From positions 1 to 26,641 of the IMG/VR virus record IMGVR_UViG_3300044724_002573: a stretch of 26,641 nucleotides of DNA, one strand, 5' to 3'. Each line of letters begins with the position of its first letter. Within the stretch, counting starts at the first letter, position 1. This stretch comes from a virus (lineage: Duplodnaviria; Caudoviricetes). Of this stretch, positions 1 through 7,875 are shown piece by piece. Position numbers and translations under genes: made by a program. The notes beneath the pieces were generated by a model that saw nothing but the letters and a program-made list of their open reading frames with translations, was not told where the DNA came from and searched no databases.

Positions 1-1
1 C

Positions 2-226
2 CCTGCATTGCTAACTTGCTGGGCATGGAATCATAATCTTTTGCGCCGAGTTCAAAAGACTAAAGGTGGTCTTTCTGGTTGGGTTCTAGATGAGCATATG
101 AATGCTATGAACGCATGGCGTAGAACCGCCAAGAAAAAAGAATTGGGTGGAACTAAAGGTTTTGTATTGTGGCAACTATGGTTGGATAATTGGCTCCATC
201 ACATGATGCTAAAGGTGAAAGTATGA
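2..226 (+). CDS. 3' part of a hypothetical protein (frame open to the window edge)
   Basis: Frame is open from position 2 to TGA at 224-226, and the stop overlaps the next ATG (ATGA). Confidence 0.55.
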   Translation, partial: PALLTCWAWNHNLLRRVQKTKGGLSGWVLDEHMNAMNAWRRTAKKKELGGTKGFVLWQLWLDNWLHHMMLKVKV

Positions 227-321
227 TATCAGATATTCAAAGGAAAGAGGAGAGGAATACTATCTTTGGTGCTACTCTCCTCTGTATAACTTTACTTTTA
301 TTCTTCTCAGTAGCGTACTAA
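223..321 (+). CDS. small membrane peptide, 32 aa (MISDIQRKEERNTIFGATLLCITLLLFFSVAY)
   Basis: Translated by hand. ATGA overlap with the upstream stop, and a hydrophobic C-terminal helix. Confidence 0.5.
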   Translation: MISDIQRKEERNTIFGATLLCITLLLFFSVAY

Positions 322-466
322 TATAAGTCTGACCACTATATCATGTGGTTGGACCTTGTTTTTTATATATATTAGAACATACGATCTGTTCACATCTGTC
401 GCTCAAAACTCAAGAACTATTAAGAATTGGCTATATTGTAGGCCACCACAATATATTGTATGAAGT

Positions 467-519
467 GGGAGGGTAGCACCTTCTATTCAAGCAACAAATC
501 TACTAAATGCTACCCTCCC
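467..519. repeat. 12-bp inverted repeat GGGAGGGTAGCA/TGCTACCCTCCC
   Basis: Perfect arms at 467-478 and 508-519. Confidence 0.85.
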
Positions 520-688
520 TTCGATTAGGAATATGTCGTAGTAGATTTGTATAGTATAATCAGAGTAGTTTAGAGTTTGTATTAAACATCCTCTAAACTT
601 TTCTCCCCGACCAACCCACCCCATCTAAACTTGGATCAAAGCCTACTCGGATGGGGTGTGTAAGTTTTGTTTTGAGTCAAGCAAACAG

Positions 689-792
689 ATTTGACTTTTC
701 TTATATGTGGGTCAAACCACTTATTATATTTGACTTTTCTTAACCAGTTTATAATGAGCTATGGTAGAGGGGTCTATATTTGACTTTTCTTA
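689..792 (+). repeat. three direct repeats ATTTGACTTTTCTTA
   Basis: Identical 15-mers start at 689, 728 and 778. Confidence 0.9.
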
Positions 793-817
793 TCCCTTCC
801 TACACCTGTATAGTAGA

Positions 818-1522
818 TCACCAAATGGGGTAATCAAAGTTCTCTTTAAATATTTCCCCCACTTGGCTATCCTTGAGGTACACTTTTCTACACTCTACAT
901 TTGACTTTTGGTATGTGGTATGTCTTTGAGCTACTCTTTTACACATGTCGATAAAGTCTTCTTGAGTTTGTCCTGCTTTGGCTATATTGCAATCATAGCA
1001 GCAGGGTACAACATTGTCTAGATGATAACCTTTATCATTCTCTACTCTATCTAGACCATGAATCTTGATTCCTTCTTGTGATGGTTTCCCACAATAGTAG
1101 CATTCGCTTAGGAATAGAGCGGAGGTATCATGTTGTTCTAGTGTCCACTTGTAACCTCTTCTCTTTGCATCGGATTTCATGCTAGAGTGTTTATGTTTTG
1201 GTTTTTGACTTTTTATTTTACAGCATGACTTGCAGTAGTGTCTATAACCATCTGGTGTTGAGAATGATTTATCGAATGAGGTTTCTGCGTTGAATGTTCC
1301 TTCGCATGAGGGGCATACTTTACTGTAGTTTGGATCCCATACTTTATTAGGATCTGAGTTTGCTTTCTTGTATGCTTCTCTTTCTTTTTTTCTTTCTATT
1401 AGTAGGCAATCTAGACAGATGCGTCCTTTTGCGAAGTTCTTTTTCCAGTTAACATTCTCAATGAGTGTATCGGAGCATACTCTACAAAATGTAGCATCGA
1501 AGTCTATTTCCTCTTGCATCAT
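818..1522 (-). CDS. HNH-type endonuclease with N-terminal CxxC zinc-finger modules
   Basis: CYYCG...GLDRVENDKGYHLDNVVPCCYDCNIAK is a typical phage HNH motif, with several CxxC pairs upstream. Confidence 0.8.
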   Translation of the reverse strand: MMQEEIDFDATFCRVCSDTLIENVNWKKNFAKGRICLDCLLIERKKEREAYKKANSDPNKVWDPNYSKVCPSCEGTFNAETSFDKSFSTPDGYRHYCKSCCKIKSQKPKHKHSSMKSDAKRRGYKWTLEQHDTSALFLSECYYCGKPSQEGIKIHGLDRVENDKGYHLDNVVPCCYDCNIAKAGQTQEDFIDMCKRVAQRHTTYQKSNVECRKVYLKDSQVGEIFKENFDYPIW

Positions 1523-1899
1523 CTCTTGCCTCCGTAGTATGGAGTAGCATGTCCTTCTTCTACTAGCATCTGGTTTACATCTGTTCTAGTATCATGGTCA
1601 GGTCTACAATCTTGAATGATGATGATGCCTAGGTAGCGGCCAAACTTACCTTTCTCTTTTGTCTGTAGGATCAGATGATGGCCCATGTGTACTGCTTTGT
1701 TAATGATCTCATTCAGCCTCTCTTTGGCTGCTTGTCCCCTGGCCTTCTCTTCTAGGTCCTTGGTCCGTGTTTCAGGGGTGTTGATGCCATACAGACGCAC
1801 TCTGGTCTTGTAGAGGACATCGAACCCTAGATCAATAGTAGCATCTACCGTGTCACCATCAATAATTCTGTCGATCTCTTTTATCTTGTACTCGTACAT
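1519..1899 (-). CDS. thermonuclease (SNase-like) family nuclease
   Basis: Motifs IIDGDT, RVRLYGINTPE, KFGRYLG and NQMLVEEGHA. Confidence 0.9.
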   Translation of the reverse strand: MYEYKIKEIDRIIDGDTVDATIDLGFDVLYKTRVRLYGINTPETRTKDLEEKARGQAAKERLNEIINKAVHMGHHLILQTKEKGKFGRYLGIIIIQDCRPDHDTRTDVNQMLVEEGHATPYYGGKR

Positions 1900-1963
1900 T
1901 ATACATTTACCTTCTTACCTATCATAGTAGGCCATCCTATTTGATTGAGGAAGAGTACAGCAG

Positions 1964-2161
1964 TCATAGGGTCCGTGTCCCACGCCCACTTTTGTTCTTT
2001 GATGAACTCCTTGGCTTCCTCGTATTCCTTTTTCGTGAACTCCCATTCCAGGGAAACTTGAACTTTAATGTTTTCCATAGCGACTTATCCTCAGGGTAGA
2101 TCATTAGCCAAGAGATAATAACTCCTGCCTCTAACACATATACTAGTTCCCAGATGGTCAT
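1964..2161 (-). CDS. small hypothetical membrane protein with basic tail
   Basis: Hydrophobic N-terminus, and ATGA overlap with the upstream gene. Confidence 0.6.
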   Translation of the reverse strand: MTIWELVYVLEAGVIISWLMIYPEDKSLWKTLKFKFPWNGSSRKRNTRKPRSSSKNKSGRGTRTL

Positions 2162-2670
2162 ACTTCAATCCTCACATAGTAGTCGTTAAAGTTACTCGTC
2201 TGTAGTGCTTTCACCATGATAGTCATGTAGGCGTTATTCTCTGTGGGCTCGATATAATAGCTTCTTGTCTCCTGCCCGTCAACCTCAAACTGATCTAAAA
2301 TAGTGAAGCTGTTATCTTTTAGTGCATTGGGTAGATCCTCAGGCCATTCTACAATTGTTACTTGAGTGACCGTGTACCCATAAGTTGCAGTTTCAAGATT
2401 GAGAGTGAATGGTGTTTGAAGATAACTAATACTTAGCCAATCCTGATCCGAACTAGCTTCTCCGCAAAGATGATATGCCTCGTTTGCAGGGAAATCTCCC
2501 ACATAACCAAAGCTGTCTAGCGTGCTATCATGGACTGTACACAGATCGCTCAGATTGGCGTTCGTAGATCCCTCTCCCCACGGTGATCCTCCTCCACCTG
2601 TCAGGTCATCATGGATGATCTCAAGGGGCTCACAGGACGCTAGGAGGAGCAGAGGGAGCAAATACTTCAA
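2158..2670 (-). CDS. putative lipoprotein
   Basis: MKYLLPLLLLASC lipobox. The TTG start overlaps the upstream stop. Confidence 0.7.
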   Translation of the reverse strand: MKYLLPLLLLASCEPLEIIHDDLTGGGGSPWGEGSTNANLSDLCTVHDSTLDSFGYVGDFPANEAYHLCGEASSDQDWLSISYLQTPFTLNLETATYGYTVTQVTIVEWPEDLPNALKDNSFTILDQFEVDGQETRSYYIEPTENNAYMTIMVKALQTSNFNDYYVRIEV

Positions 2671-2792
2671 TGGCCTCGTCCGTTGCTTTTCTTGTAAGGG
2701 AAATACATCTCCTTACCTAATGCTCCAATCGTACAGACCACAGCGACCAGCAGGAAACATTCGTACCATTCTAGTTCAGCGAACCACTTCAT
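2667..2792 (-). CDS. small membrane protein, 41 aa (MKWFAELEWYECFLLVAVVCTIGALGKEMYFPYKKSNGRGH)
   Basis: Translated by hand. It exactly fills the gap, with 4-nt overlaps on both sides. Confidence 0.65.
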   Translation of the reverse strand: MKWFAELEWYECFLLVAVVCTIGALGKEMYFPYKKSNGRGH

Positions 2793-3088
2793 TTGCTGTT
2801 CCTAATCCTTTTCTTGAACTCCTCGAAGTCCTCAACAATAGTAAGTTTTCTACCATCAGTAAGGTAAACATCCAGGTAATTGATAACAGGTTTACGACTC
2901 ATGATCGTCTCACCATCAAACACAGGATGAATGCTCACGATGTTGTCTGTGTTGATCAGGGCTGTCTGCACCTGGGACTTGTCATCAAGCCACATGGGGA
3001 TCCATCCATCGGGCTCACTACGAAGTGTGGAGAGGAGGGGAGCAGAGGCGATCAAGCCAAGTCCGAATGCGAGTACAGGGTCTTTCAT
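2789..3088 (-). CDS. hypothetical protein with N-terminal hydrophobic anchor
   Basis: Coupled to both neighbours by ATGA overlaps. Confidence 0.7.
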   Translation of the reverse strand: MKDPVLAFGLGLIASAPLLSTLRSEPDGWIPMWLDDKSQVQTALINTDNIVSIHPVFDGETIMSRKPVINYLDVYLTDGRKLTIVEDFEEFKKRIRNSK

Positions 3089-3573
3089 CTTGCACCTATT
3101 GTTATCTTGTATGGTTGTGGTTCTAGTGTGTCTAGTATACAGGGGACCACAGCGATCACTAGACGATCATAACCATCCACAGGGTAGATGGTCAGTTGTG
3201 TGCTATGGCTCTGGCCCATAATAGTCTCTTCCTTAGGCCAACTCCAAATAATCTCCCCGTTTTCTTTCTTTCCCATCTCTCTTATGACAAGATGTGCCTC
3301 AGAGTTTTCTGGTCCCTCGTACTGTATCTCCACATCTATGGGAGCAAGGTTAGGATAGGTGAAGTGGTAGTAATCATCCTCCAATAGATCCATGTCACCA
3401 CAAATAACAACAGGATAGAAAGGTGCAACTCCAAGATAGGCGTAGTTGCCCTCTGATAACTCTGCCTCAGATACACAGCCAGCATAAGGATCTTGTGGGC
3501 TGTTATACTTACCCCAATCCTTATAAGGAATACAGCAAGTAAGTAAGATAAGCGGAACATACTTTAACTTCAT
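3085..3573 (-). CDS. putative lipoprotein, paralog of 2158..2670
   Basis: Start reassigned to MKLKYVPLILLTCC, a lipobox-like N-terminus 5 nt downstream of a CTATCAT -10 box. Confidence 0.7.
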   Translation of the reverse strand: MKLKYVPLILLTCCIPYKDWGKYNSPQDPYAGCVSEAELSEGNYAYLGVAPFYPVVICGDMDLLEDDYYHFTYPNLAPIDVEIQYEGPENSEAHLVIREMGKKENGEIIWSWPKEETIMGQSHSTQLTIYPVDGYDRLVIAVVPCILDTLEPQPYKITIGAR

Positions 3574-3586
3574 ACCATATGATAGT

Positions 3587-3614
3587 GGGGCTGACCCCGT
3601 GAAGAGCCAGCCCC
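3587..3614 (-). terminator. GC-rich hairpin GGGGCTGGC...GTCAGCCCC; possible terminator or processing site
   Basis: Intergenic stem-loop with no clear U-tract. Confidence 0.4.
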
Positions 3615-3673
3615 GAAGGAGATTTAGTGCATTTTCCAGATCACATGGATCGTGAATGCTACGATGAGGTAGA

Positions 3674-3964
3674 TCAAAGCCCTGCTGCTCCTTTGCCGTA
3701 GTCAGAGTAGACAGCGATTGCCCCATACTTGATAGCCTCATGAGCATCATCGTGACCCACATGCTTGCCATTAGCTTTCTCAGGAAGCTCACGGCGAAGG
3801 GTCAGGTAGAGGTCGAGCAGATCCTTCACCTCCTCCTCCCAATGAGGGTTGAGATCAGAGAGAGTCTTGATGGCAGCACCGACCAGCATAGATGCCTCAT
3901 GGATCTTGAGGTCAGCGATGTCGTGGATGCCCTGAGGGAGTTTGTTGTAGTTGTTGATCTTCAT
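3674..3964 (-). CDS. hypothetical protein (leaderless, early-type)
   Basis: ATG lies 6 nt downstream of a sigma70-like -10 box. Confidence 0.75.
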   Translation of the reverse strand: MKINNYNKLPQGIHDIADLKIHEASMLVGAAIKTLSDLNPHWEEEVKDLLDLYLTLRRELPEKANGKHVGHDDAHEAIKYGAIAVYSDYGKGAAGL

Positions 3965-3970
3965 GTCGTT

Positions 3971-3999
3971 ATAGTAGCTCAGTTGAGGTCAGATGTCAA
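3971..3999 (-). promoter_or_regulatory. sigma70-like promoter TTGACA-17-TACTAT
   Basis: -35 at 3994-3999 and -10 at 3971-3976. Confidence 0.85.
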
Positions 4000-4202
4000 A
4001 ACCAAATGTAATGTTCTTTGTCCCAGGCGATCATATCACCGATAAGTTTACCTGCTTTGTCCAGAAGATACATGTTCACATCACCTTGGTAGTGTGAGGG
4101 AATGTTCTCTTTGAGATCAGAGTCAGAGGAGTTGAACTCTTGCTCGAAAGCATAAAGTCGTTCTCGTAGTTCGTCTCCCAGTTGGATCGTGTTCTTCTTC
4201 AT
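3996..4202 (-). CDS. small acidic hypothetical protein (MKKNTIQL...)
   Basis: ATG at 4202 is 1 nt after the upstream stop. Similar to 4435..4647. Confidence 0.7.
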   Translation of the reverse strand: MKKNTIQLGDELRERLYAFEQEFNSSDSDLKENIPSHYQGDVNMYLLDKAGKLIGDMIAWDKEHYIWF

Positions 4203-4203
4203 A

Positions 4204-4350
4204 TCAGTTGTATGCTGCTTTGAATTCGTAAAGGTAGATGTCGTGTAGAAGGTTGAGCGCACGCTCAAGTTTCTCTTCGTCGTCCATGTCAGTCATGGCA
4301 AGATCCTTGTGGAACTGGGTAAGTTCCTTCCAGAGGTCGCGTCCTACCAT
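4204..4350 (-). CDS. small acidic protein, 48 aa (MVGRDLWKEL...EFKAAYN)
   Basis: Translated by hand. TGATG coupling with the upstream gene and a GAGGAG SD. Confidence 0.65.
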   Translation of the reverse strand: MVGRDLWKELTQFHKDLAMTDMDDEEKLERALNLLHDIYLYEFKAAYN

Positions 4351-4433
4351 CAGTTCTCCTCGTCAAAGTAGATCCACTCTTTAGTCACAGGGTCTTGCTC
4401 TGCGATCAAGGTAATAGTTTCGATAAAACTCAT
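4350..4433 (-). CDS. 27-aa peptide (MSFIETITLIAEQDPVTKEWIYFDEEN)
   Basis: Translated by hand. Tiles the gap with coupled start and stop codons. Confidence 0.55.
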   Translation of the reverse strand: MSFIETITLIAEQDPVTKEWIYFDEEN

Positions 4434-4434
4434 A

Positions 4435-4647
4435 TCAGTTCCAGTATTCTTGTCCTTCACGCATAAGTTGTTCTTCTTCACTCATCTCTTTGGCAAGCTC
4501 CTCTAGATGAATATCATACATGATATCGAAAGCACAATCCATAAGATAAGAGTTAATGTCCTCTGCTGGCATGGTTTGTTCAAGTAGACTACTATCTTCG
4601 TAGTCAGCCATCCATGCAGTCAGTCGCTCGTAGAGTTCTTTCTTCAT
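4435..4647 (-). CDS. small acidic hypothetical protein (MKKELYERL...)
   Basis: ATG lies 6 nt after the -10 box of a consensus promoter. Confidence 0.75.
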   Translation of the reverse strand: MKKELYERLTAWMADYEDSSLLEQTMPAEDINSYLMDCAFDIMYDIHLEELAKEMSEEEQLMREGQEYWN

Positions 4648-4653
4648 GCCTGT

Positions 4654-4682
4654 ATAGTAGTACAATCAGGGTCAGATGTCAA
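4654..4682 (-). promoter_or_regulatory. sigma70-like promoter TTGACA-17-TACTAT
   Basis: -35 at 4677-4682 and -10 at 4654-4659. Shares TTGACATCTGACC with the promoter at 3971-3999. Confidence 0.85.
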
Positions 4683-5164
4683 GTGTCATGTCGGCCAGTC
4701 TTGTAGTGATCGAGCATAAGCTTCACCCAAGCGTCATTCCAACCTTTGCGATAGAAGTATTGAGAAACCTCATGCCTAAACATGGACCAGAAAGCAAGCC
4801 ATTTCAGGGTTTCACCAGTAGTCCTGTCACTAAAATCATCATTAGGCCAACGGTGTCCCAGCACATCGAACAGAGCAGTAGCACCACCATAGGGATCAAT
4901 GTCACCGTCGTAATCTTTCTCGTTGCGATCCGCCACAAGATTCCAAAGATCATCACAGCGGTTCAGAACTTTGAGTTGCATCTTCTCGGTCTTCATCAGA
5001 TTGATCATACGATAAGTAAACTCATCGCAGAGATCTGCCTTGGCAGCGTGATAAAGATTGTTCTCATCATGCCAGATGTGAGTAGGCTCAATCTTCTGAG
5101 TGTGCATAGGTTCCATAGGAGCGTTGTTACGCGCGTCTTCTTCTTGCTGTTGCATACTAACCAT
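4679..5164 (-). CDS. hypothetical protein (leaderless)
   Basis: 161-aa ORF with TACTAT 6 nt upstream of the ATG. Confidence 0.75.
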   Translation of the reverse strand: MVSMQQQEEDARNNAPMEPMHTQKIEPTHIWHDENNLYHAAKADLCDEFTYRMINLMKTEKMQLKVLNRCDDLWNLVADRNEKDYDGDIDPYGGATALFDVLGHRWPNDDFSDRTTGETLKWLAFWSMFRHEVSQYFYRKGWNDAWVKLMLDHYKTGRHDT

Positions 5165-5177
5165 GTATGCATAGTAG

Positions 5178-5555
5178 TCAGTTGCGGCCCGCTTGGAAAG
5201 GTAAATCGTTTTTAGCTTTCTGCGCTCGTCTGGCTCGTTCGCCTTCTTTTGTGGTTATGAAGTTAGGCTTCCCTTCATCTTGACCAGACCCTTGCCTCAA
5301 TTTTCTATACTTAGCGTTAACCTTCGCTACTCTCTCAGGGCTTCTATTAGAAGACTCTAGCTTAAACAAAGGTCTTTGGTTTGGGTTATTTTTTCTAGAA
5401 GGTCCACCTTTTCTTCTATTAATAGATACATTTAAACCCGCCCGTGATCTTCTCACGCTACGGATTAATTTTTTATTATCTTCTTTTTCTTGGTGGAAAG
5501 GAAAGGTTCTTTGAGTTTCACCCTCTATAAGAAGCTTTACTAAACGATCATACAT
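5178..5555 (-). CDS. basic hypothetical protein, possibly virion-internal
   Basis: Start reassigned to MYDRLVKLLIE, with a TACATA box and AGGTG SD upstream. Confidence 0.7.
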   Translation of the reverse strand: MYDRLVKLLIEGETQRTFPFHQEKEDNKKLIRSVRRSRAGLNVSINRRKGGPSRKNNPNQRPLFKLESSNRSPERVAKVNAKYRKLRQGSGQDEGKPNFITTKEGERARRAQKAKNDLPFQAGRN

Positions 5556-5589
5556 AACAAAACACCTACTATTATGTAGGTGTTTTGTT
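5556..5589. promoter_or_regulatory. perfect 14-bp hairpin covering the RBS of 5178..5555
   Basis: AACAAAACACCTAC-TATTAT-GTAGGTGTTTTGTT, abutting the ATG. Confidence 0.75.
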
Positions 5590-5660
5590 TTCACTTCTCT
5601 TTTTGGCTCTGATAAATCTTGGTGAACTTGTAATCGTCAGACAAACTTCGTGCCATAGTA

Positions 5661-5819
5661 TCACTCACCAGATTCAGCATCGACGCCGCTAGTCTCCAGA
5701 ACATCATCGTCCTCCTCTTCAATGCCTTTGAAATCCTTGAAAACTTCGGACACAATGTCCTCAATCATCTTCTCAAGGTCGATGTCTTTATTTTTATCTT
5801 GGTCTTCGGCCATGTTCAT
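5661..5819 (-). CDS. very acidic 52-aa protein (MNMAEDQDKNKDIDLEKMIEDIV...)
   Basis: Translated by hand. ATG lies 6 nt after TACTAT. Confidence 0.65.
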   Translation of the reverse strand: MNMAEDQDKNKDIDLEKMIEDIVSEVFKDFKGIEEEDDDVLETSGVDAESGE

Positions 5820-5852
5820 GTCTCCATAGTAGTGTATCGGTGGTCCCTATTA

Positions 5853-5931
5853 AAATTTAACTCAGGAACTAACTCTCCTAGTATCGTCAGGAAAAGCTAC
5901 CTCGCACACACGCAGGCTTCGAGTTAAATTT
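5853..5931 (-). ncRNA. candidate structured RNA closed by an 11-bp stem
   Basis: AAATTTAACTC/GAGTTAAATTT arms enclose internal stem-loops in an intergenic gap. Confidence 0.4.
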
Positions 5932-5933
5932 AA

Positions 5934-6131
5934 TCAGTTCCCGTGCTTCATTTCTGAAACATTCTTTGGGCCCTGAAAATTTGCTGGCTTCTTGAATCCT
6001 TTCTTTGGTCCTTGATGCATGGCAGGATGCTTTGCCTTTTCGTGAGGGCAAGTGCAATCCTTGTCACCGCAAAGAACCATACAACCAGATAGTAGTACAA
6101 GACCAGCAAGTGCTGAAACGAGTTTCTTCAT
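5934..6131 (-). CDS. small lipoprotein
   Basis: MKKLVSALAGLVLLSGC lipobox and an AGGAGG SD. Confidence 0.8.
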   Translation of the reverse strand: MKKLVSALAGLVLLSGCMVLCGDKDCTCPHEKAKHPAMHQGPKKGFKKPANFQGPKNVSEMKHGN

Positions 6132-6151
6132 AAGTAAACCTCCTAATGTAT

Positions 6152-6358
6152 TTACTTAGGTTCCATGCGGAAAGGAATGGGATCTCCCAACTCCATAGCT
6201 ACCATATACAGTTCGTCACGAATCTCACGAACCTTTTGGTAACTATCTCGGTATGCACCTTCACTTCCAACACCTTTAGCAAATGCTAGATGTGCGTTCT
6301 GTGCGTACTCAAGCCTCTTCTCTAGTTCTTCTCGTTTCTTCCGTAGTTCAGCGTTCAT
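6152..6358 (-). CDS. hypothetical helical protein
   Basis: Start MNAELRKK with GGAGG upstream. Confidence 0.7.
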   Translation of the reverse strand: MNAELRKKREELEKRLEYAQNAHLAFAKGVGSEGAYRDSYQKVREIRDELYMVAMELGDPIPFRMEPK

Positions 6359-6380
6359 TGTTGCTTGCCTCCGTTGCTTG

Positions 6381-6590
6381 TTATTTTGTATAAGGAAAAT
6401 CCTTATCATTCATTAGATTGAACAATGCATTCATCTGGACATGCAGCTTACTTGCTACATCGAGGTCAGGATGATCCTCAGGAATGTCCCCTATAATAGA
6501 GATCAGCCCCTCACAAATCAAATCAACTTCCCATTTCGAGAGGTTGACATCCCCGTTAACTTCTCCGTTGTGGTCATTCCCAATCTTCAT
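6381..6590 (-). CDS. hypothetical protein
   Basis: Start MKIGNDH with GGAG upstream. Confidence 0.65.
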   Translation of the reverse strand: MKIGNDHNGEVNGDVNLSKWEVDLICEGLISIIGDIPEDHPDLDVASKLHVQMNALFNLMNDKDFPYTK

Positions 6591-6807
6591 CGTCTTCGTC
6601 TCCAAAAGGATTATAGTCCCAGTTGATGTACTTTTCAAACTCTTTGTCGTTCATTGTCTCGATATACTCATCTAGTATGTCTGGGATGATGAGGTAAACA
6701 AACTGTCCATCGTCCACTCCCATATGTATTAGATGCTCGTTATCTCTGTAAAAGTTGAGATACCAGAAACGACTTTCCTTGGCTAAATCATTCAGATAAA
6801 CTTTCAT
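6574..6807 (-). CDS. acidic hypothetical protein
   Basis: Start MKVYLND with GAGGG upstream; tiles the operon. Confidence 0.65.
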   Translation of the reverse strand: MKVYLNDLAKESRFWYLNFYRDNEHLIHMGVDDGQFVYLIIPDILDEYIETMNDKEFEKYINWDYNPFGDEDDEDWE

Positions 6808-7138
6808 ACAGTTCCCTCTCATTATAAACTGTGATGCCAAGTTCTTCTGCAAGATACTTTTCTAGCCTTGCTCCCTTGCTAATGTGATAATTATCCATGA
6901 GGACAATAGCATCACACAGAGACAATGCACGCACAGCCTGTTTCATGTACCATGACCACCTCTCCATCTCGTCCATCTTGACGGGAGGAGCCATGAAGTC
7001 TAGTGGGTTATAAATCTGCTGTGGTAGGAACTTGCGTACCTTTGCTTCTAGATCTACAAATTTGACTTTTGCCTCAGTCCAATCTACCTTTGAGATAGGA
7101 CCAGCAAGGTAAACAATCTTTCCTTGTAGATCAGCCAT
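6788..7138 (-). CDS. DUF4406-like (nucleoside deoxyribosyltransferase-like fold) protein
   Basis: Motifs VYLAGPIS, YNP, CDAIVLM and SKGARLE. Confidence 0.8.
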   Translation of the reverse strand: MADLQGKIVYLAGPISKVDWTEAKVKFVDLEAKVRKFLPQQIYNPLDFMAPPVKMDEMERWSWYMKQAVRALSLCDAIVLMDNYHISKGARLEKYLAEELGITVYNERELYESLSE

Positions 7139-7280
7139 CTATACGCTCCGTCTTAGGCTTTGATGCAAGGATAGTCAGTTCGTCTACACTCACCGTTTCA
7201 ATGTGCCAACCTTTGTTTTCTAGATCTTCTGTAAGCACAGCAAGCTGGCGAATATCATCCGCAGTCTTGATTGTCCACAT
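7131..7280 (-). CDS. 49-aa hypothetical protein (MWTIKTADDIRQLAV...)
   Basis: Translated by hand; fills the gap. Confidence 0.6.
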   Translation of the reverse strand: MWTIKTADDIRQLAVLTEDLENKGWHIETVSVDELTILASKPKTERIDG

Positions 7281-7290
7281 CTTAGTAGTG

Positions 7291-7875
7291 TCACTTGTCT
7301 TCTTCATTGAGTTTACTCTGAATGTTAGTCATGCGTGTCTTGACAATGTAAAATGATTTACCTGCTGCCCTGCTCAACGCATTGAAGTTGATGGTGCCAT
7401 TCTCTCTAACACAAGTGGGATTAGCTACCAGTACCGATAGTAGATCCCTCTCGTCCTGATTAAATTTATTATGGAAGTAATTAAATACCTCATCGTCACC
7501 ATCTACAATACTGGTTGTATCATCAATAACCAGATCATCTTTATTATCTATAGTGTCAATAGATGTGGGCATGAAGTTTTTGTACTTTGTAGCCTTGTTG
7601 CCCTTAAAGTTCTTGGCATTCCATAGCACAGTCTTCGTATACTGTTTAAACAGAGGACACTCAATCACTTCTTTAACTGCCATATCGGCAGTCGTGATCT
7701 TGTTCTTCTTGTAGTATCCGTTGATGCTGTTGATCGCTGCAATATAAAGATCCTGTACATTCTCTTCATAATCACAGCACATAGGATCACCAGTAATCCT
7801 TTGGGCAATAAAACTAATCAGATCCCCGAACTTGTCTTGATAAAGTTCCCAGTCATCGTTTGCAATCTCGATCAC
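7291..7875 (-). CDS. sigma-70/ECF-like RNA polymerase sigma factor
   Basis: Region-2-like DYEENVQDLYIAAI and F..YTKTVLWN, and a C-terminal HTH-like NFNALSRAAGKSFYIVKTRM. Confidence 0.6.
   Translation of the reverse strand: MIEIANDDWELYQDKFGDLISFIAQRITGDPMCCDYEENVQDLYIAAINSINGYYKKNKITTADMAVKEVIECPLFKQYTKTVLWNAKNFKGNKATKYKNFMPTSIDTIDNKDDLVIDDTTSIVDGDDEVFNYFHNKFNQDERDLLSVLVANPTCVRENGTINFNALSRAAGKSFYIVKTRMTNIQSKLNEEDK

Noticed and set aside
689-792. Three direct repeats as a mini-CRISPR array
   Set aside because: Repeats are only 15 bp, spacing is unequal (39 and 50 bp), no cas genes are present, and the motif recurs singly elsewhere.
818-1522. Intron-encoded homing endonuclease or HNH-plus-guide-RNA system
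   Set aside because: No interrupted host gene flanks it, and I see no RuvC or IscB-like motifs. It is treated as a free-standing HNH, although the adjacent structured gap is reported separately.
2522-5215. Long plus-strand ORFs (2522..3172, 2931..3221, 3740..4045, 4676..5215)
   Set aside because: Antisense shadows of coupled minus-strand genes that have their own promoters; no recognisable motifs.
5591-5656. 21-aa ORF MARSLSDDYKFTKIYQSQKEK
   Set aside because: It fits the gap but is too short to support without expression data.
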